Source: Candidatus Saccharimonadota bacterium
GTDB lineage: Bacteria; Patescibacteriota; Gracilibacteria; BD1-5; UBA2023
DNA: 32,000 nt
Reading direction: 5' to 3'
Assembly: GCA_046350815.1 (NCBI GenBank)
Contig: JAXLZO010000001.1
Location: forward strand, 30,001-62,000
A program made the position numbers and the translations under genes. Below are positions 1-9,810 of the stretch, one piece after another (the first letter of the stretch is position 1; each line of letters starts with the position of its first letter). Under the pieces are notes generated by a model, which saw only the letters and a list, made by a program, of their open reading frames with translations, had not been told where the DNA came from and made no database searches.

Positions 1-32
1 AATCCTTCAGAAATATTTCTGAAGGATTTTTT
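1..32 (+). terminator. Rho-independent terminator-like hairpin at the window edge
   Basis: Stem 1-13 (AATCCTTCAGAAA) pairs perfectly with 16-28 (TTTCTGAAGGATT) and is followed by a T-run at 27-32. It would terminate a + strand transcript entering from upstream of the window. Confidence 0.5.
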
Positions 33-52
33 CATCTGATGACTCCAATATA

Positions 53-336
53 GATCCTGAACTAAATTCAGGATGATAAAATACAACTCCCCCCTACTCG
101 TAAACTCATTTTTTCCTCATTGAGGGGGATCAAAGTTGAAGTTCTTTATTTCTTCCCCTCTTGAGGGGTGCCGAAGGCGGGGTGGCTGTATTTTTGCCTG
201 AGTCATTTCGAACAAAGTGAGAAATCCCTTCGAATTACCTTTCAGTGAGAATATTATATATAAGGGATCTCTCCTAATGTCGAGATGACGAATATAGAAG
301 AAAAAGTAGGTCCCCTTATCTACGCGAGGATAACAA
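53..336. repeat. Intergenic mosaic hairpin-repeat cluster A
   Basis: Modules: GATCCTGAA-n-TTCAGGATGA hairpin at 53-77. AAAATACAACTCCCCCC at 78-94. CCTCATTGAGGGGG at 113-129. TTTATTTCTTCCCCTCTTGAGGGGTGCCGAAGGCGGGGTGG at 145-185, which is an inverted copy of 15508-15549. GTCATTTCGAACAAAGTGAGAAATC at 202-226. A reversed GTCATCTCGAC..GAGATCC hairpin at 265-289. A degenerate reversed copy of the 25-mer at 311-335. The stretch 53-122 is about 85% identical by eye to 25208-25277. Confidence 0.8.
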
Positions 337-354
337 ATTCACCGCAAAGAATCC

Positions 355-1671
355 CTACCGAAGTTCTTCAAGAACTTTATCTCGAATAGTATAATTTTCG
401 TATATTTTTTGAAACATACTAACTCATGGAGAAACAACAGAATTAACCATCATCATTCCAACAACATTCTTTCGTTGAAATATGGAACCAAAACTTTGAT
501 CTATAGAATATTCTTCCATAAAAGGCATATACGCTTTTCATTTGAAAAAACCCGACCACTCAAGACACCGCCATGAATCTGCTGGTAAATTATCTTGTCC
601 ATAGAGAATCTGAAAATAGCAAGCATCAAGCATTTGTTGTGTCTCTCTTCGATCCAGAGTTAGACGACCAAACCACTCGCTCAACACATCTGAATCACGG
701 GTCCAATCCTGTGGCACACCTGCCAGATCAAGCGTTTGATTCACTAGTTCATTCGTCTGATAATACTCAAACTGCCATGCACGCTGCTTTAAATCTTCCT
801 TAGAGACGATAGGCACAAGGAGTATTTCTTTGATTTGAGACCTTGAAACATCAGACAATTCAATGTTATGAAGGATATAAGAGATTAAATTGAGACTGTA
901 TTTCTCAGAAGCTATCATAATCATAGTTGGAACCATATTCGTCGTTCCTTCTTTCATTTTTTGACTAAATCAGTAGAGAAAGAGAGTTTTTCTCACGCAA
1001 TCATCCTCTCGATCTGCAAGACAATCCAGAAGTGCACTATAGCTCACATTTCTCGCAAATCTCTGTATTCACTCCTGAGGCATGCCCAGAGTCAAGAGAG
1101 AATCTTTATCACGAATATCAATTTTTGGAAGAACGGGAACAAATTGATATTGACTCATAATTTCCTCCATCTTTGGTATGATCTCATCCAAAGATGTGTT
1201 CAATATGTCAAAAGATTGTTGGTATTCTCCGGAGAGATATTGAGACTGAATAATGCGAATTTCATCAGGCGTTATGAAACGATTTTTTGGTGAACGTGCA
1301 CCAAAAGGCTCAGAAGAAAAAAGAACATTTCGAGAAACACTTCAATTATCAATATCAACGCTCGTACTTCCACCAAAAAGAAGATCTGATCATTCCATTT
1401 GACATATTTTCTGATCAATATTTATTTCGCTACAATGCTTCTTGCGAATATTCTGAAATTCCTCAGAGTAGAGCTTCTGGATAAGAAGATAACCATTTTG
1501 ACCATCCGGAATTGGTTGTACCTGAGGCATAAGAGATCCTGTATCCACATCAGGAATATTGAGATCCACATTGGAATTCCAAGCAAAAATACCAAGCCAA
1601 ACGACAAAAAGAAGAGCTGGAAGCATCAAGAGAACGATTAGGATTCTTTTAAGAATTTTCATACAAAACAT
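355..1671 (-). CDS. Hypothetical membrane-anchored protein (438 aa), last gene of the pilus operon
   Basis: Track ORFs 1390..1671(-) and 538..957(-), plus unlisted segments, are one frame joined through in-frame TGA (e.g. 1390-1392, 970-972, 538-540, 424-426). The true stop is TAG at 355-357. The N-terminus MFCMKILKRILIVLLMLPALLFVVWLGIFAW is a signal anchor. The ATG lies 10 nt after the pilT stop. I recognise no family. Confidence 0.6.
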
Positions 1672-1681
1672 ATATTATAAA

Positions 1682-2767
1682 CTACATCACACCATCACGA
1701 ATCATCTGTGGGTTATTTGCATACTTGAGAGCCTCATCAAGAGTGATTTCTCAGAACTTCACTGAATCAATAAGATCATGTTCCAGCAGCTGCATTCCTT
1801 CAGTTCGTCCTGTTTGCATGACGGATGGGAGTTGATGAAGCTCATTTTCACGAATAAGATTCGCGACCGCGGCATTACGAATAAGTATCTCTTTTACCAT
1901 TTTAACACCATATTGATCTTTTTTGAGAAGGAGACGTTGACTAAATACCGCTACAAGTGCTTCAGCAAGTTGCACACGAATTTGATTCTGTTGATCACCT
2001 GGAAAAGCATCGATAATACGAGTGATAGTTTGATACGCATTTCGAGTATGGAGAGTCGAGAATACGAGATGCCCTGTTTCTGCGAGCTTGAGAGCCATTT
2101 CAATCTCATTCTTAGTGCGCATTTCTCAGAAGAGAATAACATCCGGGGTTTGTCGCATAGCACCCATCAATGCTGTCGTATAATCAGGAACATCTTGACC
2201 GATATCCTTTTGTTCTACGATAGAGAGTTTGTGAGGGTGAATATACTCAATCGGATCTTCAATAGTAATAATATGCTTGTAATATCGATTATTGATCTCA
2301 TTGATAAGAGCTGCGAGTGTTGTAGATTTACCAGATCAGGTTGGTCCCGTGACGAGCACTAATCATTGTCCCACTTTCACAATATCCTCATAAACACGAG
2401 GGAGTCCTAATCCTTGAAGCGTTGGCATATCTCCAGAGAGAAGACGCAAAATTACCATGTGTGAGCCCATTTGAAATGAGAGATTTCCACGAAATCGAGA
2501 ATTTTGAAAACTGAATGCAAAATCAAGATTTTTGAGCGTGAGAAGTTTTTGATATTGCTCTTCATTGACAAGAGATTTTGCAAAATTTTCCGCTTCTTTT
2601 TGCGTGATCTCAGTCATTCCATCTTTGATGGGCGTGATCACACCACCAAGTTTGATAGATGGAAAAGCTCCTACGGTATAGTAGAAATCTGATCATTTAT
2701 TATCGATCATTACTGAGAGAAGTGCATCGCGAAGAGGATATTCGCTCAAGATAGTTTGGAAAGACAT
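1682..2767 (-). CDS. pilT: Type IV pilus retraction ATPase PilT (361 aa)
   Basis: Stitched from track ORFs 2363..2641(-) and 1751..2122(-) plus flanks. Walker A is GPT[TGA]SGKST with TGA at 2336-2338. Other motifs are PDVILF[TGA]EMR with TGA at 2126-2128, ETGHLVFSTLHT, and the C-terminal ITLDEALKYANNP. ATG is at 2765-2767 and stop TAG at 1682-1684. Confidence 0.9.
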
Positions 2768-2778
2768 AAAAAGAAAAA

Positions 2779-4008
2779 TTAAAGATTTTTAGCTACCTTA
2801 CCGAGTTCAAAGAATGGCATCATAATAGCGAGCACAATAACACCAACCATACCACCAACAACAACAATGATAATAGGCTCTAGTGCAGACATGATATTCG
2901 CAACATACTGTTTGAGTTCTTTCTCATAAATAATACCAGTATTCTTGATGCTGTTCGATACCGCACCAGTTTCCTCACCAACATTGATCATATAAGCAAG
3001 ATCCTCCGTAAAATATTTACTCGTAAAACTAAACTCATTTTTACCGCGAGAGAGTCACATGGATTGAGAGAGCTTCATTCATGCTTCTACCTCATTCTTC
3101 ATACGAATGATATCACGCTTGAAATGAATATTTGGAACAACCTTTGCAGTAATAACCAAAGCCTCAAGCATGAGAATGCCAGAATTGAGAAGCAAGGAAA
3201 GCGATGAAATAAAGAGAATAACATTCATCTGCTTTTCCATCCAACCAAAAACTGGGATCTTGAGGGAAATGCGATGAAGCCATATCTGCCCGTAATACGT
3301 TTGTCGGAAGAAATGAAAACCAACGATCAGTGCTACAAAAAACGAAAGAAGAATGATATAGTGATTGCGCATAAAATCAGACACATCGATCATAAATTGT
3401 GTAAGTGCAGGAAGTTGCACTTTTGCTTTTGCAAATGCCCCAGTAATCTTCGGAAGAATAAACACCAACATGAAGATCACGAGCGAGAATGAAAGAAAGA
3501 TGAGAATAGCTGGATATACCATCGCACCACGAATCTTCGAAGTAATCTCAATTTGTCATCGGAGGGTCTCTTCAAGATCTGTGAGTACTCTCGGAAGAGT
3601 ACCGGTTTTCTCCCCTACCTCGATCAATGAAATAATGATAGGATCAAAATATTTGCTATAGTTCTTGAGAGACTCTGATATAGGAATACCATAATCAAGA
3701 TTCTGATGAGTAGATATGAGTATATCCTTGAGTTTTTGATTCTTGATCTGCTTTGAAGCAATTCCCATGGCTGATTTAATATCAATACCCGAAGTGAGAA
3801 AACTCGCAAGTTTTGATATAAAGCGCCATACTTCTTTTTTACTAATACCGCCTATTTGTATCTGAAAATCAATATTATTATTTTGTAGAGATTTTCCTTT
3901 TGGTTGCTCAAGTTTGCTGCGTGCATTTTTGAGCAGCTTATAAAACAGTGCTGGATCAAATGAACCATCGCTGCGATAAAACTTGTGCGAACCAAAAGGA
4001 AATTCCAT
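2779..4008 (-). CDS. pilC: Type IV pilus platform protein PilC / GspF family (409 aa)
   Basis: Three same-frame track ORFs (3556..4008, 3079..3522, 2779..2991, all -) are joined by TGA at 3556-3558 and 3079-3081. The sequence shows the duplicated T2SSF architecture: GIPISESL..FDPIIISLIEVGEKTGTL and AYMINVGEETGAV, with hydrophobic TM segments. The real stop is TAA at 2779-2781. Confidence 0.85.
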
Positions 4009-4037
4009 AAAGTAGCAAGAAAGTTACAGATAATACA

Positions 4038-6020
4038 CTAGAGAGTGGTACCATTTTTTGAAATCAGATTAATACACTCTCGGATAACAAAGTCATACTC
4101 TCATTTGTGGTAGAGCTCCAGAAGAGTTTTATATTTTTCCCTCATCTTGATCTCTTGTTTTCTCTGAAGGGCATGTTCTTCGTTTTTCACCACCTCTTTG
4201 AGAAAGAAAACAAATTTTGGATGGACAAATCCATCACGATAGTTATTGAATACAGCTTGTTTCAGTTGGGTATACTCTCACAGACGAAGAAGTTCGGTAC
4301 ATTTGGCAAGGCGGATGCGAAGCTCCTCTTTTTGCTTCTTTTCTGTTATCATCTTTGTGATTTCTTCCTGAGTTTTTCAGCGAAATTCCACTTTTTTGGC
4401 TTCACGGAGATTGATTGCATCCAATGATTGAAGAATCTCTTTGAATATGGCATCATCTCGAACGATATCACGTTTCTCATTTCGCTCGAGAAAATAGAGA
4501 GATACATCATCGAGAAACTGCTCCTGACCCATAAATTTTCCTACAAAGAGAAGAGCATCTTCAATTCGATTTTTCGATTTCACTAATTCCATAACCATTT
4601 TCTGAACACGATCAAGTCAGAAAAGTTCTCATTTTTTATTACGTGCTTCAGGGATACCATCAGTATAACCAAAAATAATATCATCTTGATGGAGTACAAG
4701 AGGCTTTTTGTGGATGGAATCAAGATTGAGAATTTTTCGAACACCGAGTGCAAGTCAACCAGGAATCACCTTCTCCACTTTTCTCATGTTCGCACGATAT
4801 ATATAGAGTGGATCATGACCTGCTCCAATATAATAAATCTCTCGCTCTGAGTACACATATTCAAAGAAGATTGCTGTAACGAACATTCATCATTTGAGTG
4901 TAGCTTTTAAGCTATTATTGAGCTCAAACACGAGCTCTTCAAATGAGTATTTTTCAAAACGAACTTTATCAAAGAAGAGATTTGAGAGAGCTGCAACAGT
5001 CAATCCTGCTTTTACCCCATGTCATGTTGCATCTCAAAAATAGAATATCGTACTATCCTTACGGTGAAAATACCCAAACGTATCACCAATGACTCCATCT
5101 TTTCCAAGTATGCGCCCCTCAAAATTAAACCCTGGAAGTGAGAATCACTCCACATCCTTGATAGTACCATGCTGGATAATATTGAGTGCTGATTCACTAT
5201 TAGGATCGATGTTTCCATCTATCAGGTTCAACGCTCAAGCCTTTCGTAGAAGATCCTCAATAGATCGTAGATTCTTCGTACGGCTAATGTAATCACGATA
5301 TTTTTCCCTTCGTTCCTGAAAGTCATGATACATTTTTCTTATGCGTTCAAAAAAACCAATTTTTTCCTTTTCTTCACTTGTTCAAAGAGAAAGTGGATTT
5401 TTTATCGCATCATCACTAAATTCCTCTTTGATCAGAGCATCTACTTTTGCATCAATAATTTGAGAACCTTGTTGAGTATTCTTATTTTTCTCAAGTGCTT
5501 TTTGTGCATATTCAACCAGTGAAAATATAAGCTTCGATTCACGAAACTCGACACTGAGACGCTGTGCATACTTTACCGCTTCAAGATATTTTTTTGCTCC
5601 CACATAATTCTTCACTACCTTCTTTCCACGACTATAAGCAGTTGCCTCTCTTTTTTTAAACTCTTTCTCGAGAAAATATTTTTTCTTGCGAGAAACTTGT
5701 TTATCAAAAGAATCAAGCCTCTCAATATTCTTATCAAGATCCTTTATGGCATTACGAGACAATTCCAGCAATTGTTTTGCTTGAGCGGAGATTTTTGGAA
5801 TATTCGAAGAAATCAGTGGTTCATTCGATGCGATCATGCTACGATGATAATCTATTGCCTGATTGATTTTTGTACGAATCTCAAGAAGAGCTTTTTCAGC
5901 ATTTGCATAATCATTTGCACGAATATATACTTCGATCCACTCAAGCGCACTATTAAAAGTCTTCACACTTTCCTGAGAAGCATTTTTTGAGCGAAACCGA
6001 TGAAGAAAAGAGAAAAACAT
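4038..6020 (-). CDS. SpoIIE/PP2C-family serine phosphatase with long helical N- and C-terminal regions (about 660 aa)
   Basis: One frame runs from ATG 6018-6020 to TAG 4038-4040, reading through about 10 in-frame TGA (e.g. 5382-5384, 4377-4379, 4278-4280, 4101-4103). The core matches RsbU/SpoIIE motifs: GDTFGYF, FYFGDATGHGVKAGL, MFVTAIFFEY, YIGAGHDPLYIYR, IIFGYTDGIPEARN. The flanking regions are K/E-rich and look like coiled coil. An alternative GTG start at 6068 would overlap the pilB 3' end. Confidence 0.75.
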
Positions 6021-6028
6021 GAAGGTGA

Positions 6029-7270
6029 TTAAATCAATTGAAGAGCTTCTGAGAGGGTAGTTTTTCACATAATTGCCTTAATGAGACCATCTTGTAGTAT
6101 CGTGAGCATACCTTGTTCACGTGCCTTACGCTCGATATCAATAGCACTCATCTTCTCGAGAATCAGGGGATGCAATTCTTCGGTGATAGTGAGCACCTCG
6201 TGAGCAGCAATGCGTTTTTGATATCACGTATTATCACACTGATCACATCAGACTTTTACAGCAAATTCAAGATCACCAACTTGCTCATCACTGATAGCCT
6301 CTAGTTGCTCTCGTATGAGCTCTTGTTTTGCGTTATCACTTATTTTTGCATATGCTACACAATTGGGACATACTCGACGAATCAATCGCTGTGAGACAAC
6401 CATTTTTAGAGCCGAAGCAACGAGGTATGGCTCAATTCCCATATTTACCAATCGTTGTACCGTAGCAGATGCAGAATTGGTATGGATAGTCGAAAAAACC
6501 ATATGTCCAGTGAGCGCCGCCTCAATTGCCAACATTGCCGTTTCTCGATCGCGAATTTCACCAACCATAATAATATCAGGATCTTGACGCATCATAGATC
6601 GAAGTCCTGCGGCAAAATCATATCCTATCTCTGGTTTGACCTGACTCTGATTCACAAAAGGCATATTGTACTCGACTGGATCTTCCAGTGTTGAAATATT
6701 ATATTCAAGCGGCTTGAACTCTTTGAGCATGGAAAAAAGCGTGGTTGTCTTTCATGATCCTGTTGGACCAGCGATGAGAATAATGCCATAATGACTTTTC
6801 ATACTCTCACGAATACGATCAAGGTTAAGATCCATGAAATCAAGTCGATCGAGTGACAGCAAAGAGGAATCCTGTCGAAGAAGACGCATTACAATCTTCT
6901 CACCATATACAACCGGTAGTACTGAGACACGAATATCCACTGTCTCTCCCATTTTTTGAGAGATATATGCAATCTTTCCATCTTGCGGACGGAGCTTTTC
7001 ATCAATTCGTAAGCCAGAAAGCACCTTGATACGAGAATTAATTTTGGTGTATTCTTCATAGTTGAGCTTATCAATATAGACAAAATCACCATTTTCACGA
7101 TAACGGACAAGTACATAGTCATGAGTGCACTCAATGTGAATATCCGATGCACCACCTTGCAAAGCAAAATCAAAGAGCTCATCAGTATAACGCACCGTAT
7201 CAGTGATATTGGTTTTGATAGCAACCGTTGCAAATTGTTGTTCATCCCGAATGTGTTGTAGTGTGATCAT
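6029..7270 (-). CDS. pilB: Type IV pilus assembly ATPase PilB / GspE family, short form (413 aa)
   Basis: Track ORFs 6752..7270(-) and 6248..6730(-) plus a tail are in one frame. Walker A is GPTGS[TGA]KTTT with TGA at 6752-6754. Other motifs are MRQDPDIIMVGEIRD, TGHMVFSTIHTN, the tetracysteine CPNC..[TGA]CDQCDNTGY, and the C-terminal G[TGA]KTTLSEALQLI. Stop is TAA at 6029-6031. Confidence 0.9.
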
Positions 7271-7364
7271 AGAGTCAAAGAGTAATATGTCCTTGGAATT
7301 CTACCATATCTTCTTAGTTTACGCAAAATGTCGCCTTGCAAAGGAAGATAATCTGTTTGCAATT

Positions 7365-7394
7365 AAAAAACCCTCTTTTTCAAGAGAGTTTTTT
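7365..7394 (-). terminator. Rho-independent (bidirectional) terminator after the pilin gene
   Basis: AAAAAA-CCCTCTT-TTTC-AAGAGAG-TTTTTT. On the minus strand this gives a 7-bp stem with one G.U pair, followed by a T-run, 19 nt downstream of the pilin stop. Confidence 0.7.
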
Positions 7395-7412
7395 ACAATA
7401 ACAATCGGATGA

Positions 7413-8015
7413 TTAATAAGTTGAATGATGACCAACATCATTATGCACGATTTCACCAGATGCAGAGTTTGCTCGGGCAATAAGTCCCTTTGCACCATTA
7501 CCACCTGTATCAGCAGTAAAATTACCCTTTACATACACTGTTTCAACATCACCATTCATTACTGTAGAAGCAACTTGAAGTGCCGAATTACTAGATGTAC
7601 TAGCATAACCAACAAGAGGAGCACTCTCTGAAGATGTAGCATCACCCATATCCGCCTGAGCAATACCTGGAATTGCTGACCATTGTGGAGCTCCAGCCTT
7701 GATAGTAATAGAAGTAGCGCCGGTATTACCAAATACTGTTTTTCCAGTACCAACTACAATCGTTCGACCAGTAGCTGAACCACTATCAATAAGCGTAGTC
7801 ATGTCAACTGCTGTTGCACCCTTGGTATTCATAGCACTTGAGAGGAGACCCATATTCTCACGAACCTTCGCGGACTTAGCATCCTTTGTATAGTTCTGAT
7901 ATGAGAGGAATCCAACTGTTGCAAGAATTGCAAGAATCGTAATTACCACGATAAGTTCTACGAGAGTAAAACCACCTTTTTGACTCTTGAGAGCCTGCAT
8001 TTGAGAGAGCTTCAT
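7413..8015 (-). CDS. pilA: Type IV major pilin (200 aa)
   Basis: The class III signal [14 protein letters not shown]|[25 protein letters not shown] is the N-methylation motif (G/FTLxE). The rest of the protein is Thr/Ser/Gly/Ala-rich. There is no in-frame TGA. Stop is TAA at 7413-7415. The start is trimmed to the ATG at 8013-8015 rather than the track start at 8105. Confidence 0.85.
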   Translation of the reverse strand: MKLSQMQALKSQKGGFTLVELIVVITILAILATVGFLSYQNYTKDAKSAKVRENMGLLSSAMNTKGATAVDMTTLIDSGSATGRTIVVGTGKTVFGNTGATSITIKAGAPQWSAIPGIAQADMGDATSSESAPLVGYASTSSNSALQVASTVMNGDVETVYVKGNFTADTGGNGAKGLIARANSASGEIVHNDVGHHSTY

Positions 8016-8076
8016 ACAATATAATGATAAAAAAATAAAATTGTAGAAGGTTGTAGCATTCGCTGCGTACAGAGGC

Positions 8077-8105
8077 ATTATGGCAGATAATGAAAATTGT
8101 GTCAA
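8077..8105 (-). promoter_or_regulatory. Sigma70-like promoter for the pilin gene
   Basis: On the minus strand: TTGACA (8105-8100), a 17-nt spacer, then CATAAT (8082-8077). It sits about 60 nt upstream of the pilin ATG. Confidence 0.45.
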
Positions 8106-8316
8106 AAAAAACGTTATTCTTTTTGGAAAAAGAGGAATTTATGATTGTTTTGGTAAAAAAATTATGGTTTCTTCCACTCTTGATGAATGGTGGAATCTTA
8201 AGTATTTGCGACCACAGGGAATGATAGAGTTAGTATTCTATGTTCTTCCTTTAATACACCCACACAATTATAATTTAAGCACAATCATATATGCAATGTA
8301 AATACCAAAAGAGGAA

Positions 8317-8490
8317 GATCCTGAAACAAGTTCAGGATGACAGATAATTTGTTGTCATCCTCGCGGAGGCGGGGATCTACCAATTCAGCAAAGTCTGAGA
8401 TATATTTTCGTCCATCCAGAAGATTCACGACTTATCGCATCTATGCGATTTGCTGCATTCCCTATGGTCACCTGTCTGCACGGGAATGAC
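8317..8490. repeat. Intergenic mosaic hairpin-repeat cluster B
   Basis: Modules: GATCCTGAAACAAGTTCAGGATGACA at 8317-8342. The perfect 25-mer GTCATCCTCGCGGAGGCGGGGATCT at 8354-8378. ATCGCATCTATGCGATTTGCTG at 8434-8455. ATTCCC..CGGGAATGACA at 8457-8490. GGATGACA (8335-8342) and TGTCATCC (8353-8360) are reverse complements, so adjacent modules can also pair with each other. Confidence 0.85.
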
Positions 8491-8533
8491 AGATTTTTAT
8501 GATTTGACTTGAAAATCGAAAATTACCCGATCT

Positions 8534-9277
8534 TTATTCTTTCAAAAGAGCTTCAAGAGCCTTGTAAGCTCTCGAGAAAGGAATAAATGATGGGGAGGTT
8601 GCAATGGTAATAAGTCCAGCCCTATCAAACAACGACCGTACAAGAGGTATGCTATGCGACCATGGAATATAAGAAAGATCTTCACTCCAATAATCCAGAT
8701 CTATATTGAGAATATATCCAGATCGCCATTTTGAAATATCTCGAATGCACTCCAAATCATCTTCTCATTCCACTCGAAGAAAATCACCAATATAACCATG
8801 ATCGAGAAGCGGCCGAATATAATTTCCAACATTACAATACCTATGCGCGTATTCCCACCAATCAAGAGAGAATTGGCTGAAAAAGTCCTTAGGAATATTT
8901 TTATTCTCCCAAAGATCCGAATGTTCATCGATATGAATACATCAAACTCATTTTGAAAGCAATCCTTGATCAAATGCAATTCACCAAGCATGTGCTACCG
9001 CATTATGATTATCGCAGAGAACAACGGGGACTCATCCCATACAATCAATAAGACTCTTTTGAAGTGCAAAAAAAGAATCTGTTTGACTAAGACAAAAACC
9101 AATCTCCGAGGACTCACGTACATTTAAAAGTGAATCACGCTGATATTTAGGAATAAAAAGTTCTCTTGGCGGGTCAATAAGTTGACTATTGCCAGAATAA
9201 CTCATAACATATTTTCCACCACGATCTTCATTTAAGAGAGATTGAATGAAGACTTCAACCATCTGACCGTCTATCAT
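8534..9277 (-). CDS. Hypothetical protein, possibly UPF0489/arginase-fold like (247 aa)
   Basis: Track ORFs 9032..9277(-) and 8534..8755(-) are joined in one frame through TGA at 9032, 8981, 8948, 8942 and 8765. Motifs are VVLCDNHNAVAHAW and CIHIDEHSDLW (HxDxHxD-like). Stop is TAA at 8534-8536. The family assignment comes from motif memory only. Confidence 0.5.
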
Positions 9278-9810
9278 ACCTGAGGATCAAGATGTGCAAG
9301 TATGGTCGATACTACCTCATCAGGAGCAATCAAGGTTGTATCAACTGCTAAGTCAAACACATGTTCTTGAGGTGGAAATGGAATATGCGGATAGATTTGT
9401 GCATATCTCTCTGCATTTGCGTTATTTCTCGAATTTGTCTTTTGTGTTGCTTCTTCGACTGATAAGCCCTCACGTGAAGCGATACGATCCATGAAAACCG
9501 CATCATCTCATGTAAGTACAATCTTGTAACTATCAGGAATCCAATGCCATGCAAGACGGCTCTCAAACACAAACCCTTCAGTATTTTGACCATAGGATAC
9601 AATCCGTTCATCAATCTCATGATCCACATGAGGATGATCTTTTATATACTCACCAAACTCATAAATATCCATTCCATGATCGTGAGCACATTCACGCATC
9701 ATAGCACCAGAGGATTTGAACTCATATCCAAGCTTCTCAGCAAGAAGCTTTGCAGTAGTCGATTTACCACTTCCCTCAGGTCAGTAGATTGTTATTTTAG
9801 ATTTATTCAT
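9271..9810 (-). CDS. cmk: Cytidylate kinase, short (archaeal-like) type (179 aa)
   Basis: MNKSKITIY[TGA]PEGSGKSTTAKLLAEKLGYEFKSSG contains a P-loop. The rest reads ..VDHEIDERIV..FVFESRLAWHWIP..IASREGLSVEEA..ERYAQIY..FDLAVDTT. Track ORFs 9508..9702 and 9274..9492 are joined by a TGA. The gene ends GTA TGA TAG, with the true stop TAG at 9271-9273. Confidence 0.75.

Noticed and set aside
1778-2362. Long + strand ORFs antisense to pilT (1778..2362), to the giant gene (16565..16984) and to galU (11931..12398)
   Set aside because: Each lies entirely opposite a confidently identified minus-strand gene and has shadow-like composition. No independent signals such as promoters or terminators support them.
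6021-6068. GTG 6068 as the start of the PP2C gene (the track start)
   Set aside because: It would overlap the last 13 codons of pilB. The ATG at 6018-6020, 8 nt after the pilB stop, gives a non-overlapping arrangement. The choice remains uncertain.
1682-7270. Interpreting the fragmented pilT, pilC and pilB ORFs as pseudogenes or a decaying pilus locus
   Set aside because: All fragments of each gene stay in one frame. The only interruptions are TGA codons, several of them on invariant Gly residues. No frameshifts or TAA/TAG interruptions are present, so recoding rather than decay explains the pattern.
8080-8301. The 73-aa + ORF upstream of the pilin gene
   Set aside because: It covers the pilin promoter region, has no motif, and depends on a weak start. 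I treat it as non-coding.
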